Shown: in pieces, positions 14,290 through 28,681 of the stretch | Layout: every line of letters begins with the position of its first letter | Position numbering within the stretch: position 1 is the first letter of the stretch | Assembly: GCF_009914755.1 (NCBI RefSeq) | Contig: NC_060928.1 | Strand: one strand, 5' to 3' | DNA from: the human T2T-CHM13v2.0 reference genome, Homo sapiens | DNA length: 64,000 bases | Notes under the pieces: generated by a model | Databases searched by the model: none | Told to the model about the DNA's origin: nothing | What the model saw: only the letters and a program-made list of their open reading frames with translations | Made by a program: the position numbers and the translations under genes

Positions 14290-15032
14290 TTAAATTTTTT
14301 CTTTAAAGGGTAATTCATATTAATTACAATTCGATAAATACTAAAACATAGAGAAAAGAAAAAGGTATCCATAATCTCACAACCAAAAGATAAGTAGTAT
14401 TTATTTTGGCATACTTTCTTTCTGTCTCTTTTCTTCTATATGTAAGGTTTAAGTGCGTGTGTGCTATATGTGTATATAGTTAAATCACATATTTTTGTAA
14501 CAAGCTTTTTCACCTATTACATAAATATTAGTTTAGGAACACACTCACACCACTCATACTTCACTTAAGAGGGAAGTTCTTCCTGACAGGGGAGAAGGTA
14601 GGAGAAACACTTCCAGCATCACTCTATCTCTGAGACAGAAAGGGTAATGTATATGATCGTGGAGATTGCGAATCTGCCATCCATTGTTCCACTGGTCCAC
14701 ATATCCATTCGGGTGAAATTTACAGTTTAAAAACCTCATCACACAGTGGCCTTTCTCTGGGATCTGTTTGCCTGCATAAGCATGTATGCTGGCTCCTCCA
14801 TGAAGAAAGACTGCTGGAAGAGGATGGCCTATAATTCTGGGTGGAAAAGTTTAATTTAGGAAGGGAATTAATAGGAAGCTTGATTGTAGACATACATCAA
14901 GCTGCTTCCTCTAATCTAGCTTAACCAGTAACGTAGCTGACATTTCCATGTTATTACACATCATTATAAATAACTTTTTCAATGGCTGGATAAGACCAAG
15001 GAGATGGTTTATTTAACCATTTCTCTATTGAC
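14290..15032 (-). mobile_element. Old L1 (L1ME-type) 3' fragment interrupted at about 14530-14938
   Basis: Left piece ends ttttgtaacaagctttttcac; right piece resumes catttccatg...tttttcaatggctg...tttatttaaccatttctctattgacat. These are adjacent motifs in antisense L1ME. Confidence 0.55.
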
Positions 15033-15130
15033 ATCACACGGATAATAGTATTCATCCTTAAGCCTCTTTGACACTTCATGACCAAAAATAATTCTGTATA
15101 ATATCTGTTGATTGGGTTGATTTTTTTTAA

Positions 15131-15721
15131 TGGCAGCTCTTATTCTCCAAAGACAGCCACAACAATAACTCCCATCCTACACTTTTTATATAACATGTAT
15201 GAGTACAACTTCCTCAACAAGTAAAGGAATCTAATTCTTTTCTTCTTGGATTTGGGCAGTCCTGTGAAACCTTGGTCAGTACAATATGCTGTAATAGCTT
15301 ATGCAATAGGTTATTATGCTGTGTTATGTCTGAGGCTGGGTTATAAAATGTGATACAGCTCCTGCCCTGTTCATTGAAATAGTCATGGTTGGAGCCTTAA
15401 GCCAGCAGCAAAGAAGTCTAATGACCCTGCAGCTGTGAGGACTGTCGCATAGAAAACCTGCACATAGGTGCTCCAGCTGGTATTGCTGAGGCAGCCTTCA
15501 CCAGGTGCAAGGTATGTGAGTGAAAAAATTTCAGCCATCAACTCATTCCAAGCTTTCAAATCTTTTCAGCCATGGCTCTGGATATGTGCGGCAAATATAA
15601 ACCATCTTGAATGTGCCTCACTGGAATTTCTGACCCACAGAACCAGTGAATAAGAAAATAGTTACTGCTTTGAGTGACTACATTTTGAGATCATTTATTA
15701 TGAAAATTATTAACTGAAACA
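15131..15721 (+). mobile_element. MaLR solo LTR (MLT1G/H-like)
   Basis: tccaaagacagccacaacaataactcccatcc...gaatttctgacccacagaacc...taactgaaaca. Confidence 0.75.
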
Positions 15722-16169
15722 GCACCAGCTTTATGTATTTGCATCTCACTTTCATTTCCATAAATATTTACTGAGTATCTGCTCTCCACCAGGCAATGAG
15801 CTAGGCTCCTAAGGTTTATAGGTAAATCAAACACAATCCTTTCCCTTAAAATGCCCACAGTAGTGGAAGAGACACGATGAGCTGTCCTTTAGAAAGATAA
15901 ATTCAGCAGCACTGATGTGAGGAGATTGGAGATCTCCCTCTGCTGGATGTCAGCTGGGTAGAGGATGGCGGTAAACAGATGGAATCCCTAGCTTGATATA
16001 TATGTGGACTGCTTGCTCTCTGTTCCACAGCCACAGCATCACAATTTTTTGCTCATAAATGGGACGAAGATACGTGTGGTTCTTAAAATGTGAGATGTTC
16101 TCATAAAGAGATATCATTTAAATTAAATTCAAATATAAAAATAAAACACATATTCTACAAATTATTTAT

Positions 16170-16555
16170 TGTTATGAGCTAAATTCTGTTACCCATGCCA
16201 AATTCGTATGTCTAAGTCCTAACCCCTAGTACTTCAGAATGTGGCTGTATTTGGAGATAGAACCTTTAAAGAGGTAATTAAGGTACAATACAGTCATATG
16301 CGTGTGTCCTAATCCAATCTGATTGGTGTCCTTGTGAAAAGAGCTGAGTCAAAAGAGATGCATAGGGGAAAGACCACGTGAAGACACGTGGAGAAGATGG
16401 CCATTTACAAGCCAAGGAGCGAAGCCTCAGAAGAAACCAGCCCTGCCCACACACTGATCTCAGATCACCAGCCTCCAAAACTGCGAGAAAATAAATTTCT
16501 ATGTTTACACCCCAGTCTGTGGTATTTGTTTTGGCAGCCCTAAAAAACTAATATA
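16170..16555 (+). mobile_element. MaLR solo LTR (MLT1B-like)
   Basis: tgttatgagctaaattctg...gaatgtggctgtatttggagatag...gagaagatggccatttacaagccaaggag...aataaatttc...gcagccctaaaaaactaatata. Confidence 0.9.
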
Positions 16556-17097
16556 GTCATAATAGGAATACTTTCATGCTCCATAGCTGAACACCACAAG
16601 AACGGGAGCAGTGGTAGAGGTGATGGTGGGGATAAGGCTGCGGGAAAACCTGCCCACACTCTTCCCTGCTGTTACCATCTTTCCATAGGAAAGGTAAGGC
16701 AAGCAGTTATTGATAAAGAGGCCAAGTTAACTTTTATGTATACAGTATAATTGACCTCTCTGTCTTTAATTTACAATATAGGAACTTCAACTTGTACCTG
16801 AATCATTTATATAAACATTACTTTATATAGGAACTTTAGCCCTGATACAATTAGCCAGGAGTGTTAGAAAAAGGAACATTTCCCACAGCATTTGAAGAAG
16901 CTGCATGTCAAATAATGAATTACACAAAATGTAACTTCTCTGAACGATTCTAAAGGATAACTTGAATAAAGACATAACTTTAAATAACAGGGAAAAGAAT
17001 ACCAAAGCATATCACTAGTACTTTGTAAATGCTGAATGTTTGTTAAATTAATCAAGAATAAATGAATAATGGTTATATGAATGAATGATGTTTATAT

Positions 17098-17312
17098 CAG
17101 GGGGCCGCAAATATTTTTTGTGAAAGATCAGAGAATAAATAGTTAAGGCTTTGCAGGCCATATGGACAGTGTTTCTGTCACAACTACTCAACTCTCCCAT
17201 GTAGTCCAAAAGCAGCCATAGACAAAACGTACGTGAATAGGCCACACTGAGCTCTGATAAAACTTTATGGCAGTTCGGATTTGGGCCACCTGCCATAGTT
17301 TGCCAACCGCTG
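17098..17312 (+). mobile_element. MER58A (hAT-Charlie MITE)
   Basis: caggggccgcaaat...caactactcaactc...aaagcagccatagacaa...tagtttgccaaccgctg; degenerate 8-bp TSD gtttatat / gtttaaaa. Confidence 0.85.
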
Positions 17313-17321
17313 GTTTAAAAT

Positions 17322-17850
17322 ATTCACTCCCTTAATCAAAATCCTTTCCTAGCACCCTAATGCCTACAAATTTCAGGACAAGCCATACATTTGGAATCCA
17401 GCATCCTCCATGGCCCGAGCCCTCCCCACCTCCCCTCTTATTTCTCATGACTACATAGGTACTCTCCACTCTGAATAAACTGGACTCTTACAGCTATGCT
17501 CCAGGATTTCCCATTTCTTCACCTTTGCTCATGCAGTTCCTCTATCTACTAAAATCTTGTTTATCCTTCAATGCCATTCTCAAATTCTACATTGTCCAAT
17601 AAGCTTTTTATAATTTTTTCTGTCAGATGGTAGCTTTCTCTTCTCTGAACCCCACGCTGGCATTTTCTCACTTGCTAATTGCACTTATTAAACTCAGCCT
17701 CACAGTAGAGTCATGTGAGTGATTTCTTAGAACCTATAAAACCCCAAGCTTCTTCACAACAGAGGCTGTGTTCTCTTCAGCTTGGTATGTCCTGCCATAC
17801 CATGAACATCCTACGAGTTCAATAAACACTTGATGAATACACTGAATGAC
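17322..17850 (+). mobile_element. L2 LINE 3' fragment
   Basis: Pyrimidine-rich L2 body ending ttcaataaacacttgatgaatacactgaatga. Confidence 0.6.
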
Positions 17851-20150
17851 ACCATTTTGAATTTCCTGCCCCAACAGGGCAGAAAAAGAGCATGGATTGG
17901 TCTCTGCTCTCAATGGATCCCGAGACTTGCTATCTCTAGAATATTAGTACAGGCTGCTTCTCTGTAGGTCATTAATCTGGCAGGAATTGAAATAACCTTA
18001 TTTGCTATAGAACTTTAAAAATGCATTAGGGAACTAGAATTCTTGGAGCCAGCTGTCCTTTTAATTAACTTTGGGCTGGGAGAAGAAACTAACGACCTCC
18101 TCAATTGCTAAGCATCTAAAGAGGTTAATAGAAATTGAGATTCTACCTGTTGTATTCCTAAGGACTTGATTACAGATTGTTTCTTTATGACTACAAGTGA
18201 GGAGTTCTGTACTACTCAGACACTTCCGGAGTGCCTGCCTGCAATGCAGAAAGCACTAAGAGAAATGAAAAGATAAATAAGACATGAGCAGCCCTGATAC
18301 CCTGGAGTTAACAGTCTAGTCAGGGAGACAGACACAGACCCAAGGCCTAAAATACAAAGCAGGCTGTGGTAAGGGTTACCACAGGACACACCATGAGACA
18401 ATATCACAAAGAGATTAACTTTGATGGACGCAGGATAGTCTGACCACAGAGGTCTCTTGCAGTGGATAGGATTTGAGCAGGAACCTGATAGGAAAACAGT
18501 AATAAAATGTGGATATTGTGATATCTTGGTGTGTCGGAGTAGACAATGACCTCAGACAACTCTCTCATTTATCAGATAAGGAAGGTGAGACCAGGGAGGA
18601 ACTGCAACCTGCTTAGTAGCAGGCAACTCACTTCTTCTTTATACCAGCTATGAGCAACTTCAAATTCACATAAGAGGCAGAAAAAGAATGTTAGACTAGA
18701 ATATCTTCATTCCTGGGCATTTGTGACAAATATCAGATGCAGTCATTAGCAGTCTGACCACACAGCAGGCCCAAGGCCAATGCGGCCCCTGTTGGAAGCC
18801 ACTGCCTTTGGTAGTTATCAAGGGACCAGATTTAGCTGCTAGCAAAATTGCACCTGCATCCTGTAACTGAAGGCTACAGAACCCAGGCAATGGAACAAAA
18901 GATTGCAGTGAATTGGGGATAGATCAGAGTGAGCTTTAAACTCTGGGTAGGGAATCTTACGGAACAGTCCAACTTTGGTTCAAAAGCGCAGGTCTCAAAA
19001 GCAACCAAAGGAGTTGTGATTTCGCCTTAGAATTACAGGGTACAATATATTACAGGGGAAGGCATGGGTTTGCCCTCTCACAAGGCACGTGCTTCCCTGA
19101 TGGAGTCTGGGAGGATACACACAGGTGTCTCAAGCCTCACCCCATCCCTCGCCACCAAGCACTCACTGGCTACACCTAAAGTATACTACTACCATCAAGG
19201 ACAATGTGATCCTCAGGAGTGGGCTGATGCCAATACAGAGAGTAAACTTTCCAGGGTGAGACAAAGTAGCCAAGACCCCCAAAAATGCCGGGTGACAATG
19301 TAATTTAAATAGATTATTCAGTTCCCTTCACTCTCATCACTTATGGGGAGAATGTAGCTGAATAATTAAACAACTATTCTTTATTTACTAATTTTAGATT
19401 CATTGGAGCAACTGTGTCTTTTTTTCCCCTTAAAAGAAATATGGACTTGATTAGTATCTTTTTTGCTTCTACCTGGTTCTTTCTGCACTGTATTATTTCA
19501 ACTCTACTGCCCAACCTAACCACCCCATTCCCACCATGGAAATATTTGGTGCCCATATTAACCTATTGAATAAAAGACATCACTTTTCCATAAAATAATA
19601 AAAAAAAAACTTCTTTTGCCTCCAGATAGCAGATGTAATAAAACAGTGAGCTTAAACTCTGGAGCTTTATTTCTTTTGAAAAAAGTTACACTTATTTTCC
19701 TCACATGAAACTCCTAAATTAAAAGAGTTGTGAAGGGAATATTACACAAATCATCTATTCAAGTTTATTTATTTTCCAACGATGGGGAAAAGTGTGTTTC
19801 TGAGTGGCTAGCAAACTATCTTTTGCTAATATTATCAATTTAATATAGTTACACCAATTTATTAGGCACACTGAAGGTATAGGAGTTACTACTTTTCCCT
19901 AGCAAATGTTAAATAGAATGTAACAATAGAATGCTGGAACTGGGTGGAAGGGCACAGATTATAAGCAGCCTGTAGCCCAACTGTTAATTCATAGATGGGA
20001 AAACAGGTATAGAGAAACCAAAGGATTTGCCCAAAGTCAGACAACCAGGACAAAGCCTCACAGCAGATTGGGAAAATCCCGGTGAAAATCCTAAGTTCAG
20101 GCGTCTTCACTACATCCTGTCTCTGTCTCTTTAACAGTAGATCTGATACA

Positions 20151-20156
20151 AACACA

Positions 20157-20192
<36 letters not shown>
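20151..20192. repeat. (CA)n microsatellite
   Basis: Directly visible. Confidence 0.95.
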
Positions 20193-20196
<4 letters not shown>

Positions 20197-20781
20197 TGAC
20201 TTGGTCAAAGCTTGCATTTCTACAATAGCAGTAATAGGTTTGAAAGGTACCTTCAGAAATGGTGCTAGTCAGGCTAAGATGGAGCAGTACAAATTGTCAT
20301 AATAGTGATATCTACTTTTCTGCAAGGTGATTGAAAACTTTACACTTCCTCATAACGGAAATCTTCATTACTAAAGAACTCTAGTCCCTACGTGTCCCAT
20401 GGCACAGCTTGAAAAAAACACCGTCACCAAACAAGGCAGAAAACTAGATCCAGTGGTTTGGCACTGCTGTTCTTACAGCAGAGAAACACACTGATCAACA
20501 CTGGAAACGTCACTTTGGTAAAAGCCACTCATCAGGTGTGTAGTCTCCCTATCTCTTATTTGATAGCTCACCTCATCAAATTAACTTGATAATTATACAC
20601 AAGCCAGAAAACTCCTGCTATGTAACTACGCTCTAGCTCTGTGTTCCTCCAGCACTGCGAACGCTTTCAGAGAATTGTCTGGCTGTCTGAGAATTCAAGG
20701 AGCCATGTCTGTGTCAACTAAACTGCCATCCAGCCTCAAAACCGAATCTCCCCTTGTTTATCATCAACAATGTCCATTTAA

Positions 20782-21083
<302 letters not shown>

Positions 21084-23984
21084 TTGATATGTCCTTCATT
21101 TGGACCTTTTCCTCTCCATTTTACATCGTCCTCTTATCCAACATTTAAATTCACACATTGGCTATTACAACACAATTTAGTCAGCCTCTCCAAACTTCTC
21201 CCCATCCCAGTTTAACCTCCATCCTAAGCCAAACATCATTTTTAATGTATTACACTCCTGCTCACAACTTAAAAAAATCAATTCATCTAATTTAGTTCCA
21301 AAGGCTCTACCCTACCTCTGAAATCTTATTCCTTGCAAATTACTTTGTAGAATCTTCAGATCCAAGCAGGCAAATCTCCTCACCGAATCGTGAACTTGTG
21401 ATGTCTATCACTGTTTATGTTCGGACTCATGGGGTTCTGCTTAAGTTATTTATTTAACATTTAGGAGCCTCAATTTCCTTAGCTGTAAAATGAAGACTCT
21501 GGTCCTAAATGGGGCTTTGGTGGGGCTCAAGGAAGAATAATTCATTTGCAAGTTCTTTCTAAATTGTTAGACTCTATAGAAGTTCAGCTATTTATTAACC
21601 TTGGTCTTGCATTCACCCCAATCACTACCCACTGAAACCACGCTACTATTGATGAACACGTATCTCCACCAAACTTGACTGCGATGTATTTGAAAACAGA
21701 TCTTCATTTCATCACTAATCACCTCAAGTCTTTTTTTTCTAAACAGAAATATTTGGTGGGACGAGATTTAGCTAGCTTCCTCTGTCTTTTTCAAGGCCCT
21801 ATATGAAGTAGACAACAAATATATATTTGTCAGTTTCTTTAGTTGAGCAATGAGAATGAATAAGGATGAGCAGCAGAAGCTCATATCACCAGTCTCATTT
21901 CTCTATTAAGGAACAACAACAATAAAAATATATGATGACTAGTGAGAAAATATCTGTGAAGTGCTAGAAATACTTTGAGGAGCATTTGCTACAAATAGCA
22001 CTTCCTCCTCTGGGGACGTTGAAATTATGATTTCCAAATAGTGATTTGAAATCCAAGTCTTGCATTTTGAGGTTTATAAGCTCAAGAAAGGCAGATGGCT
22101 ATACAAAGGCAACCAAATGTCATGAAAGACAGGAACTCTCAATAAGCAGAATGTTCTGATTTAAAGGTAGTTGAGACTCGTGAAGTTTTTGTTGTGCCTT
22201 TCCATCTGTTTCCCATCTTCCGCCTTAACCTAGATGAGTATGCACATATCTGTGTGTTCATGTGTGTGTATCTGTATGTGTTTGCGTTTTAACTGAAAAA
22301 GAGAGTAAGCTTCATGTAACATTCTCTAACAGTCCTTTGCTCATAAAACTAAAATGCATAGTTAGCAAATTTTAGTGAGCTCCTCCCTCTCCAGACCACC
22401 CAACCTACTCTTTAATTAAATCTTTCCTTTCCTTTCTCCCTGGGGCCGCCAACTGCCATATCTCTTATAAGATGTCTGTCATTCCTCCTACATAAAGATG
22501 ACACAGCACATATTATTTATAACTGTCCATTTTTGAAACACAATTCTGCACCTTGTAGAGGGGAATAATACTCAGGGTAGCCTAGAGTTACAGAGCTATC
22601 AGAACACTTAAAGTCATCCATAACAGACTTTAGTACAGTTAAAACCTTTCCAGACAGATGAATAGTCTCTGTCAATCTTGATTTCCTGAAGATGTGAGGA
22701 AACAATTTGTAAAAATTCTATAACTGCCTTTCACCTAGCAAATTAGTAAGGACTTATTTTTTGTTAATCTTCACTGTTGGAAATGGTGTAACAAAATGGT
22801 CACTTTCATATATAACAGGAAAGAGTGTAAATTTGAAAAACTCTTGGCAAAATGTTTGAAGAGCCTCCAATTATTATTATACTTTGATTCAGTAATTCTA
22901 CATCTAGAAATGGCTTAAGGATATAGGACTGAAATATAAGGAAAATGTTTTTTTTTCTTTTTTTCACACTTTGTCCAAAAGGAAGAGGAAAGATGCTTAA
23001 TACTGCAAGTATTTATTAATTACAACAATCATAATAGTTAAAAATTAAAAAAACTTATATAAATTCAATATAGGATTGAGTATGTAAATTATGCCATTAT
23101 AAGTAACAAATAAAAATTGTACCCGCATCTCATCATAGGAAAGAGAAGAAGAGTCAGTATGCAAAACAGATTTACTGTCCTAGCTGATGAAGCAAGTACA
23201 CACCTGAAATCCCAAAGGAAGTTTGTGATATAAATGATCTAATGATATAAAGATCTAGTGGGATAAGATTTATCCCACCTCATCTTTTTCAAGCTCTAAC
23301 GCAAAGTAGACCATGAATACTAGTTTGTTGATTGCTTTAGGTGGTCAGCGAAAATGAATAAGGTAGAGAAGCAGAATCTCACGAGAGAGACTTTACTATT
23401 AAGAAAAAAAATACATGACGATGAGAGAGTGACAAAGCACACACATCAAGTGGTGGGATTCAAGATGTGTGCTCACAGTCTATTCACTTCACCCCCAAAT
23501 TCAGTTCCCACAAGGACTTAACTCTAGACCCCAGGGGCACCATACTGGCTTCAGTGTGAAAAAATATTACATCCATCAAAACACAGGGAAGGATAACCTT
23601 CTGTTAAGATATTTTTATGTTTTCTTATATTAACGGATTACCCTTCTCTTTCCCACTATTAATTGACATTACAGCAGGCTCCTTTCTTTTTAGTTTAGTA
23701 TGGGGTTCCCAAATTATAGGAATGGGGACTTATAGAAGAGGGGAATAAAGTCATCCCACTACAGGTTATTATGTGTTCATTAAACTAAGAAGGAAAAATC
23801 AAGATAAAATTATAAATGGGAACATGGATGAGTTTTTATCATTTTTTTGATTTCAACTTTTCAATTTTTTCCCAAATTTTTTATAAGGAGCCAGCACTAC
23901 TTTACAATTTTTAAAATTTAAAAGAAAATACATTTTTAATTAATTTAATTCTTAGCAGCAAAAATTTAAGCCAATCTGCTTTTC

Positions 23985-24960
23985 TTGTTCAACAAACTGT
24001 TAAATATTACCTTTCTGCAGGTGCTGTGCTGGATAAAAGGATGAGGGATATCGAATGTTCCCAACATCCCATAAAAGTGATAAATGTTTGAGGTAATAGA
24101 TATGTTAATTACCCTGATTTGATCATGTGTACATTGTATATATTAAGTAGCATTATATTAAAATATCACTGTGTACTCCATAAATATGTACAATTACTAT
24201 GTGCCAATTAAAAATATTTTTAAATATGAAAAAAATGGACCATGTTCACAAGGAAGTCACAGATATTTGGAGGAAAAAGAAGTGCTATGCTTTCAAGTGA
24301 TGATAATATGCAATATGCTTTGAAACCTAAGAATGTACAGAATGCAACAGGAGCAGGAGAGAAGGAAGTGTTAGCTCTGCCTGGAGCAAGAATGTGAATA
24401 ACAGGAGACGTCCCCGAAAAAGGAACACTCAAGCTGAGCTTAGGAGAAAGTTTCATTTCACTATTAGGGGGCAAAAGAGGGAAGAAAATTCCAAGCAGAG
24501 AGAATAGAATAAAGTAACAGTATCAGGCTAGAACCCACAAAGCTACTACAATAATCTAGAAAAAGATGAGGTTGTGATCAACAGCAGCAAAAGAAAGAAT
24601 GACAGGCAGGGAGGACTCGAATGACAAGCAGTAAAATCATAGGACTTAGGGATTGATTGGTTGTGGGAGGCAAAGGATAAGGACTGAAAAGTAACCCCAA
24701 GTTTTGTAGTGTAGGCAAGATTAACTAAACACCCCTGTATTTAGTGAAGGGGATAGTGAGGTCACTAGATAAATCCAGTAAATAAGAGAAAGGATAGATT
24801 TGGGAAAGAGAGGACATAAAAAAAGGAATGTGTTCAGGGTACGTGGAGTTTGATCTGCCTCCACAACTAGCACTCCATTTCGGATACAGAAAAAGAAACA
24901 TGATGCTGAAATCCAGGACGAAGATCAAGGGTTAGAGGTTGACATTTGGGAATACAGGTT
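23985..24960 (-). mobile_element. L2 fragment(s) interrupted by an L1MA 3' end
   Basis: ttcaacaaactgttaaatattacc...gtgctgtgctgg, then L2-like purine-rich sequence continuing after 24230. Confidence 0.55.
24051..24215 (+). mobile_element. L1MA 3' terminal fragment
   Basis: gaatgttcccaaca...gataaatgtttgaggtaatagatatgttaattaccctgatttgatcat...ccataaatatgtacaattactatgtgccaattaaaaata. Confidence 0.85.
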
Positions 24961-25149
24961 ATTGTCAAAATAGTGGTAAAGGTAGAAGAACAGAAACAGC
25001 ATCCTAACGATCCTCCCTAGTTCCAGATCAACCTTTCCCACTCCCACCCTTCTCAGCTTTCCATGTTGTAGCCCTACTGATCTTTCAAACTGGAAATTTT
25101 ACTATTTAATGCCCCCACTTAGAACCTTTTGATGTACCCAACCTCGCTG

Positions 25150-25630
25150 GCAGTCAGAGATATGTCAATTGAAAGGACAATGAGATTCTATTTTTTGCCT
25201 GCTGGACTGGAAAAAAATTAAAGATTAAAAATATCCACTGCTGGTAAGCACATGGGGAAATGAGCACTCATATATTTCTGGTATGAGTGCAAATTGCTAT
25301 GATATTTTGGGATATCTATTACCATTTTAAAAGCTCATGACTTTTGATCCAGCAATCCCACTTTAAAGAATTTATCACTTAGAAACAGAGCAACATAAAA
25401 AAGGATATATGTACAATAGTCTATTGCTATATTATTTGTAAGAGTAAAAGCTTAGAAACAATTGAATGCCTACTAAAAATGTAGTGTTCAAACAACTGGT
25501 GATCCCTATTAAGTAGCATTAGGCAGTTGTTAAAAATTAATAATATCTACATATGCTTGGATTTGAATCTAGAAGGATGCCTGTTGATGGATTCAGTGAA
25601 AAAAAAAATGAGTTGCCAAGTTCTATATAA
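25150..25630 (+). mobile_element. Old L1 (L1ME-type) fragment
   Basis: gcactcatatatttctggtatgagtgcaaattg...ttttgatccagcaatcccacttt...gaaacaattgaatgcc. Confidence 0.7.
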
Positions 25631-25679
25631 TGACATAAGAGAAAACAAACAAAAAAAATAGCATCTCATGATAGCTATG

Positions 25680-25935
25680 TTAGTAAGAGCTAATATGAGA
25701 ATAGTGCTTACTTTGTAGCAGGTATTATTTTAAGAGCATTATGCACCACCCATTCACTATAACAACTGCATAAGGTGAGTAAAAGAATGTTCCATTTTAC
25801 AGTCTCATTTTACAGATAAGGAAATTGAGAACAAAATTGGTGAAATAACTTGTGCAAGATCACACAGCTAGCAAGTGGCAAGCAGGATTTATACCCAGCA
25901 GTCTGGCATAGAGCTTACACTCTTGGCCTCTGCCA
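25680..25935 (-). mobile_element. MIR SINE
   Basis: cattttacagataaggaaattgag...taacttgtgcaagatcacacagctagcaagtggcaagcaggatttatacccag. Confidence 0.85.
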
Positions 25936-28064
25936 TATATGTTACTAGAGAAGAGCAGGGTTGGAGATTGTTAAATTTTTTTAAATCATTGCCTTGTTGG
26001 ACTTGTTTTAACAGTTCAGTAGAAATATGTGGGGAAAGAGACTCCCAAAACTCCCCATCGCCCTTACAACGAAACTTCCTACTTCCCTACAAGCAGTGTC
26101 ATAAAAGACCATTTTTCTAAAATACTTGGTAGCTAAAGTCTAGGGTCTAGCCAGCTGGTGATTTAACTGCTTACATGGTTTAGAGACTCATTTTTTACAA
26201 GACAATGGCAATCTATGTTCATAAATGGCTGAAAGAGCTTCTGAGGATGCAGCCTTCTACCGGGAGAAGTAGGAAAAGAGGAGCCCAGCTTACCAACTCG
26301 GTTAGTGCTTTCAGAGCCTGATGGCGCCTCAGAAAGGAAATCCATTATTAGCAAACACAAAGTGTGCTGCCTTGTCAGGCCTGACAGGGAGCAGACTGGC
26401 TGTAACAAAGCCCTGGGCCTTATTTATGTGGCAGCTCACAGCTGCTGAGGATGGGCCCTCCTGTTCCCCAGGAGCCAGCCAGCCCTTCAGGAGGTCATTC
26501 TCGGGCCTGCTGAGCTTGAGTCACCTATAACCAAGGATGTAAGGATGAGACCCCAAATAAATACCCAGAATGCTCTTCCTCCAATATTCACAGGACTAGC
26601 TGCCTCCCAGCATTCAGGTCAAGGCTCAAATCCCCATTCTCAGAAGATTTCCCCCATGGGAAAGATCAGCCTCTCTCATACTCTACCCCTTCACCCTGCA
26701 TATTCTTCCTCATAGCATTTACTTCTATCTGACACAGTATATGTTCGCTGGTTTCCCTCATCAACACCTCCCCTCACAGGGCAGCCATGAAGCCTACGTA
26801 AATGCACCCTCTTGAGTCATGTAATGGGGCAGCTGGATTCTCTCAGAAGAACACAGGCTTGTTAGGGCAGGGGCCTGTCTTGTTCAAAGGCACAAAATAG
26901 GTGTTCAGTGGATATTTGCTGAACAAACATCCTTTTATGATCCCTTCCCTGCTAGGTTCTAGCAGAAGTCTCTTCAGTCTTTTTCTCTTTCCAATCCAGA
27001 CTTTCTTCGGCTTGGTATTGAGACACATGTGGGCCTATTGTAGTATAAGGAATTTTTCTTTTTACCAATAATTACTAATAACCAATAACTGAAATAATGC
27101 TATTTTCAAGCAAGTGCATTCCAGTATGCTTAAATTGCATGGCAAGGGATAGAATTTTTTAATGTTCATGTTATAAGTAGAGTAATACACACATGTGCAC
27201 ACACATAATTTAAGAATACATACATTTATTAAGAGTCTTTACTGAGGTTTCTAGTATTGGTAGGGGAAGACAATTGTGAAAGTTTAAAGACTAGTGGTTT
27301 AACAAGAGAGTGTGAGAATAATGCTAACTCCTGTCAAGAAACACTCATTTCTCACATAGGGGGACTCACTTAGCAACCCCGTCCTGGCTACAAAGAGAAG
27401 AGAAGGAATGTCCTTTAGTCAATTGCTATTAGAGACAGAAAATTAGAGGCACCAATCATCCTGCTTATTCAGAAAACTGCAGGCCCAGCTTTTCTTCAGA
27501 GTGATGTGCATTGGTTGCTATTTTTCTTTCTCTTTTTCAAGTTTCTGTCCATTTTCTGACGAGTGAGAATGCAACATGCTCCGAGTTCTCCTGTTCAGCA
27601 GCACCAGCATCCTGCCCTACTCCCATGCCCAGAAGGGCAGAGAGAAGCAGCTTTGTGAGTTTACATGAATAACTTCTGCCCCAGGAAGCCATCACTACAC
27701 TAAAGCTGAAGATCTTTGGTTTTAAGCCACTCATCACCTAAGATCTCCATATAATGGATTCCATGATAGGCATTCTGCAAAGGGCAAAAAATGGGGGCAT
27801 ATTCTGATTTGGGGTTGGAGAGGGTACACTTGCTGCACTTGAAGAACACCCTTCATTAAAGATTGAAAAGCAATTTCCTGTTAAGAACAGCTGCATGTGG
27901 GCAGCCCCCTTTTGGAGAACAGGGAACAAAGAACTGCACAGGCATTAATTTATCTTCCCCATCCGTTCTGCAAGTAGATTTATTGAACACATAAGCCCTG
28001 AAACATTCTTTCTGCAGACTCGTAAAAATGTCAGCAGCATCTCCCCTCTCTCTTGATGTTGCTC

Positions 28065-28260
28065 TCAATCAGCTCCTTTGATTGGTACGTGGTGCCAATG
28101 GGACCAATGCCGTGCATCCCATGTCCATATATGTCAATTAGTTTCACACAGAAATTGTTCCATGGACACAAACTAAACCAACAATGCCAGTCAATGATGT
28201 CACAAATGCTGGGTGAAAGACTGTAAATGAATAGTTGTAAATCCATCATTGCTACTACTC
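28065..28260 (+). mobile_element. MamSINE1 (ancient tRNA-derived SINE)
   Basis: tcagctc...ttggtacgtggtgccaatgggaccaa (decayed tRNA-like head)...tcaattagtttcacacagaaattgttccatggacaca...aaatccatcattgctac follows the MamSINE1 consensus as I recall it. Confidence 0.6.
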
Positions 28261-28681
28261 AGAGGTTGGCCTCCCAATGAGAAAAGCCAGAGAAATCAAC
28301 TTTATGAATAAAAGCTCATTTTGTATAAATGCTAGGGATGAGGATATCTGGTGACTCTGGAGATGAGCTTCTGAAAGTACAAGATCAAATTTTCAAATGT
28401 TATTTAAACCGTTTAGTTCTCTGCTACATGTGGATTGACTAGTTTTGATATAGTTCAATTTCTTTTAGGCTCAGGTTTCTCTCCTGAATTCCAGAAGCAT
28501 ATACCATCAGCTAACTAAGCATCTCTACCTACAGGTCCCAAATTGTCCCAAACCACACTCTTCCTGGCATCCCAAATCTTTTTTCCCTCTGGTGTTCCCC
28601 ATCATAGTGAGTACATCATAAGGAGTGGTTTGTGCCCTTCCTTCAATGCACTTCTCACCTCCAATCTATCAAGTCCAGTGC

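Noticed and set aside
14873-14910. Imperfect hairpin aggaagcttgat...atcaagctgcttcct as a pre-miRNA
   Set aside because: Too short (38 nt) and bulged for a pre-miRNA stem.
23258-23278. Hairpin gtgggataa-gat-ttatcccac
   Set aside because: 9-bp arms are within chance expectation, with no supporting context.
26373-26386. 14-bp palindrome tgtcaggcctgaca
   Set aside because: Several palindromes of this length are expected by chance in 64 kb.
28031-28249. Minus-strand ORF with the protein-like stretch GHGMHGIGPIG, and a tRNA-like segment on +
   Set aside because: Better explained as an ancient MamSINE1 copy; the tRNA-derived head is too decayed to be a tRNA gene.
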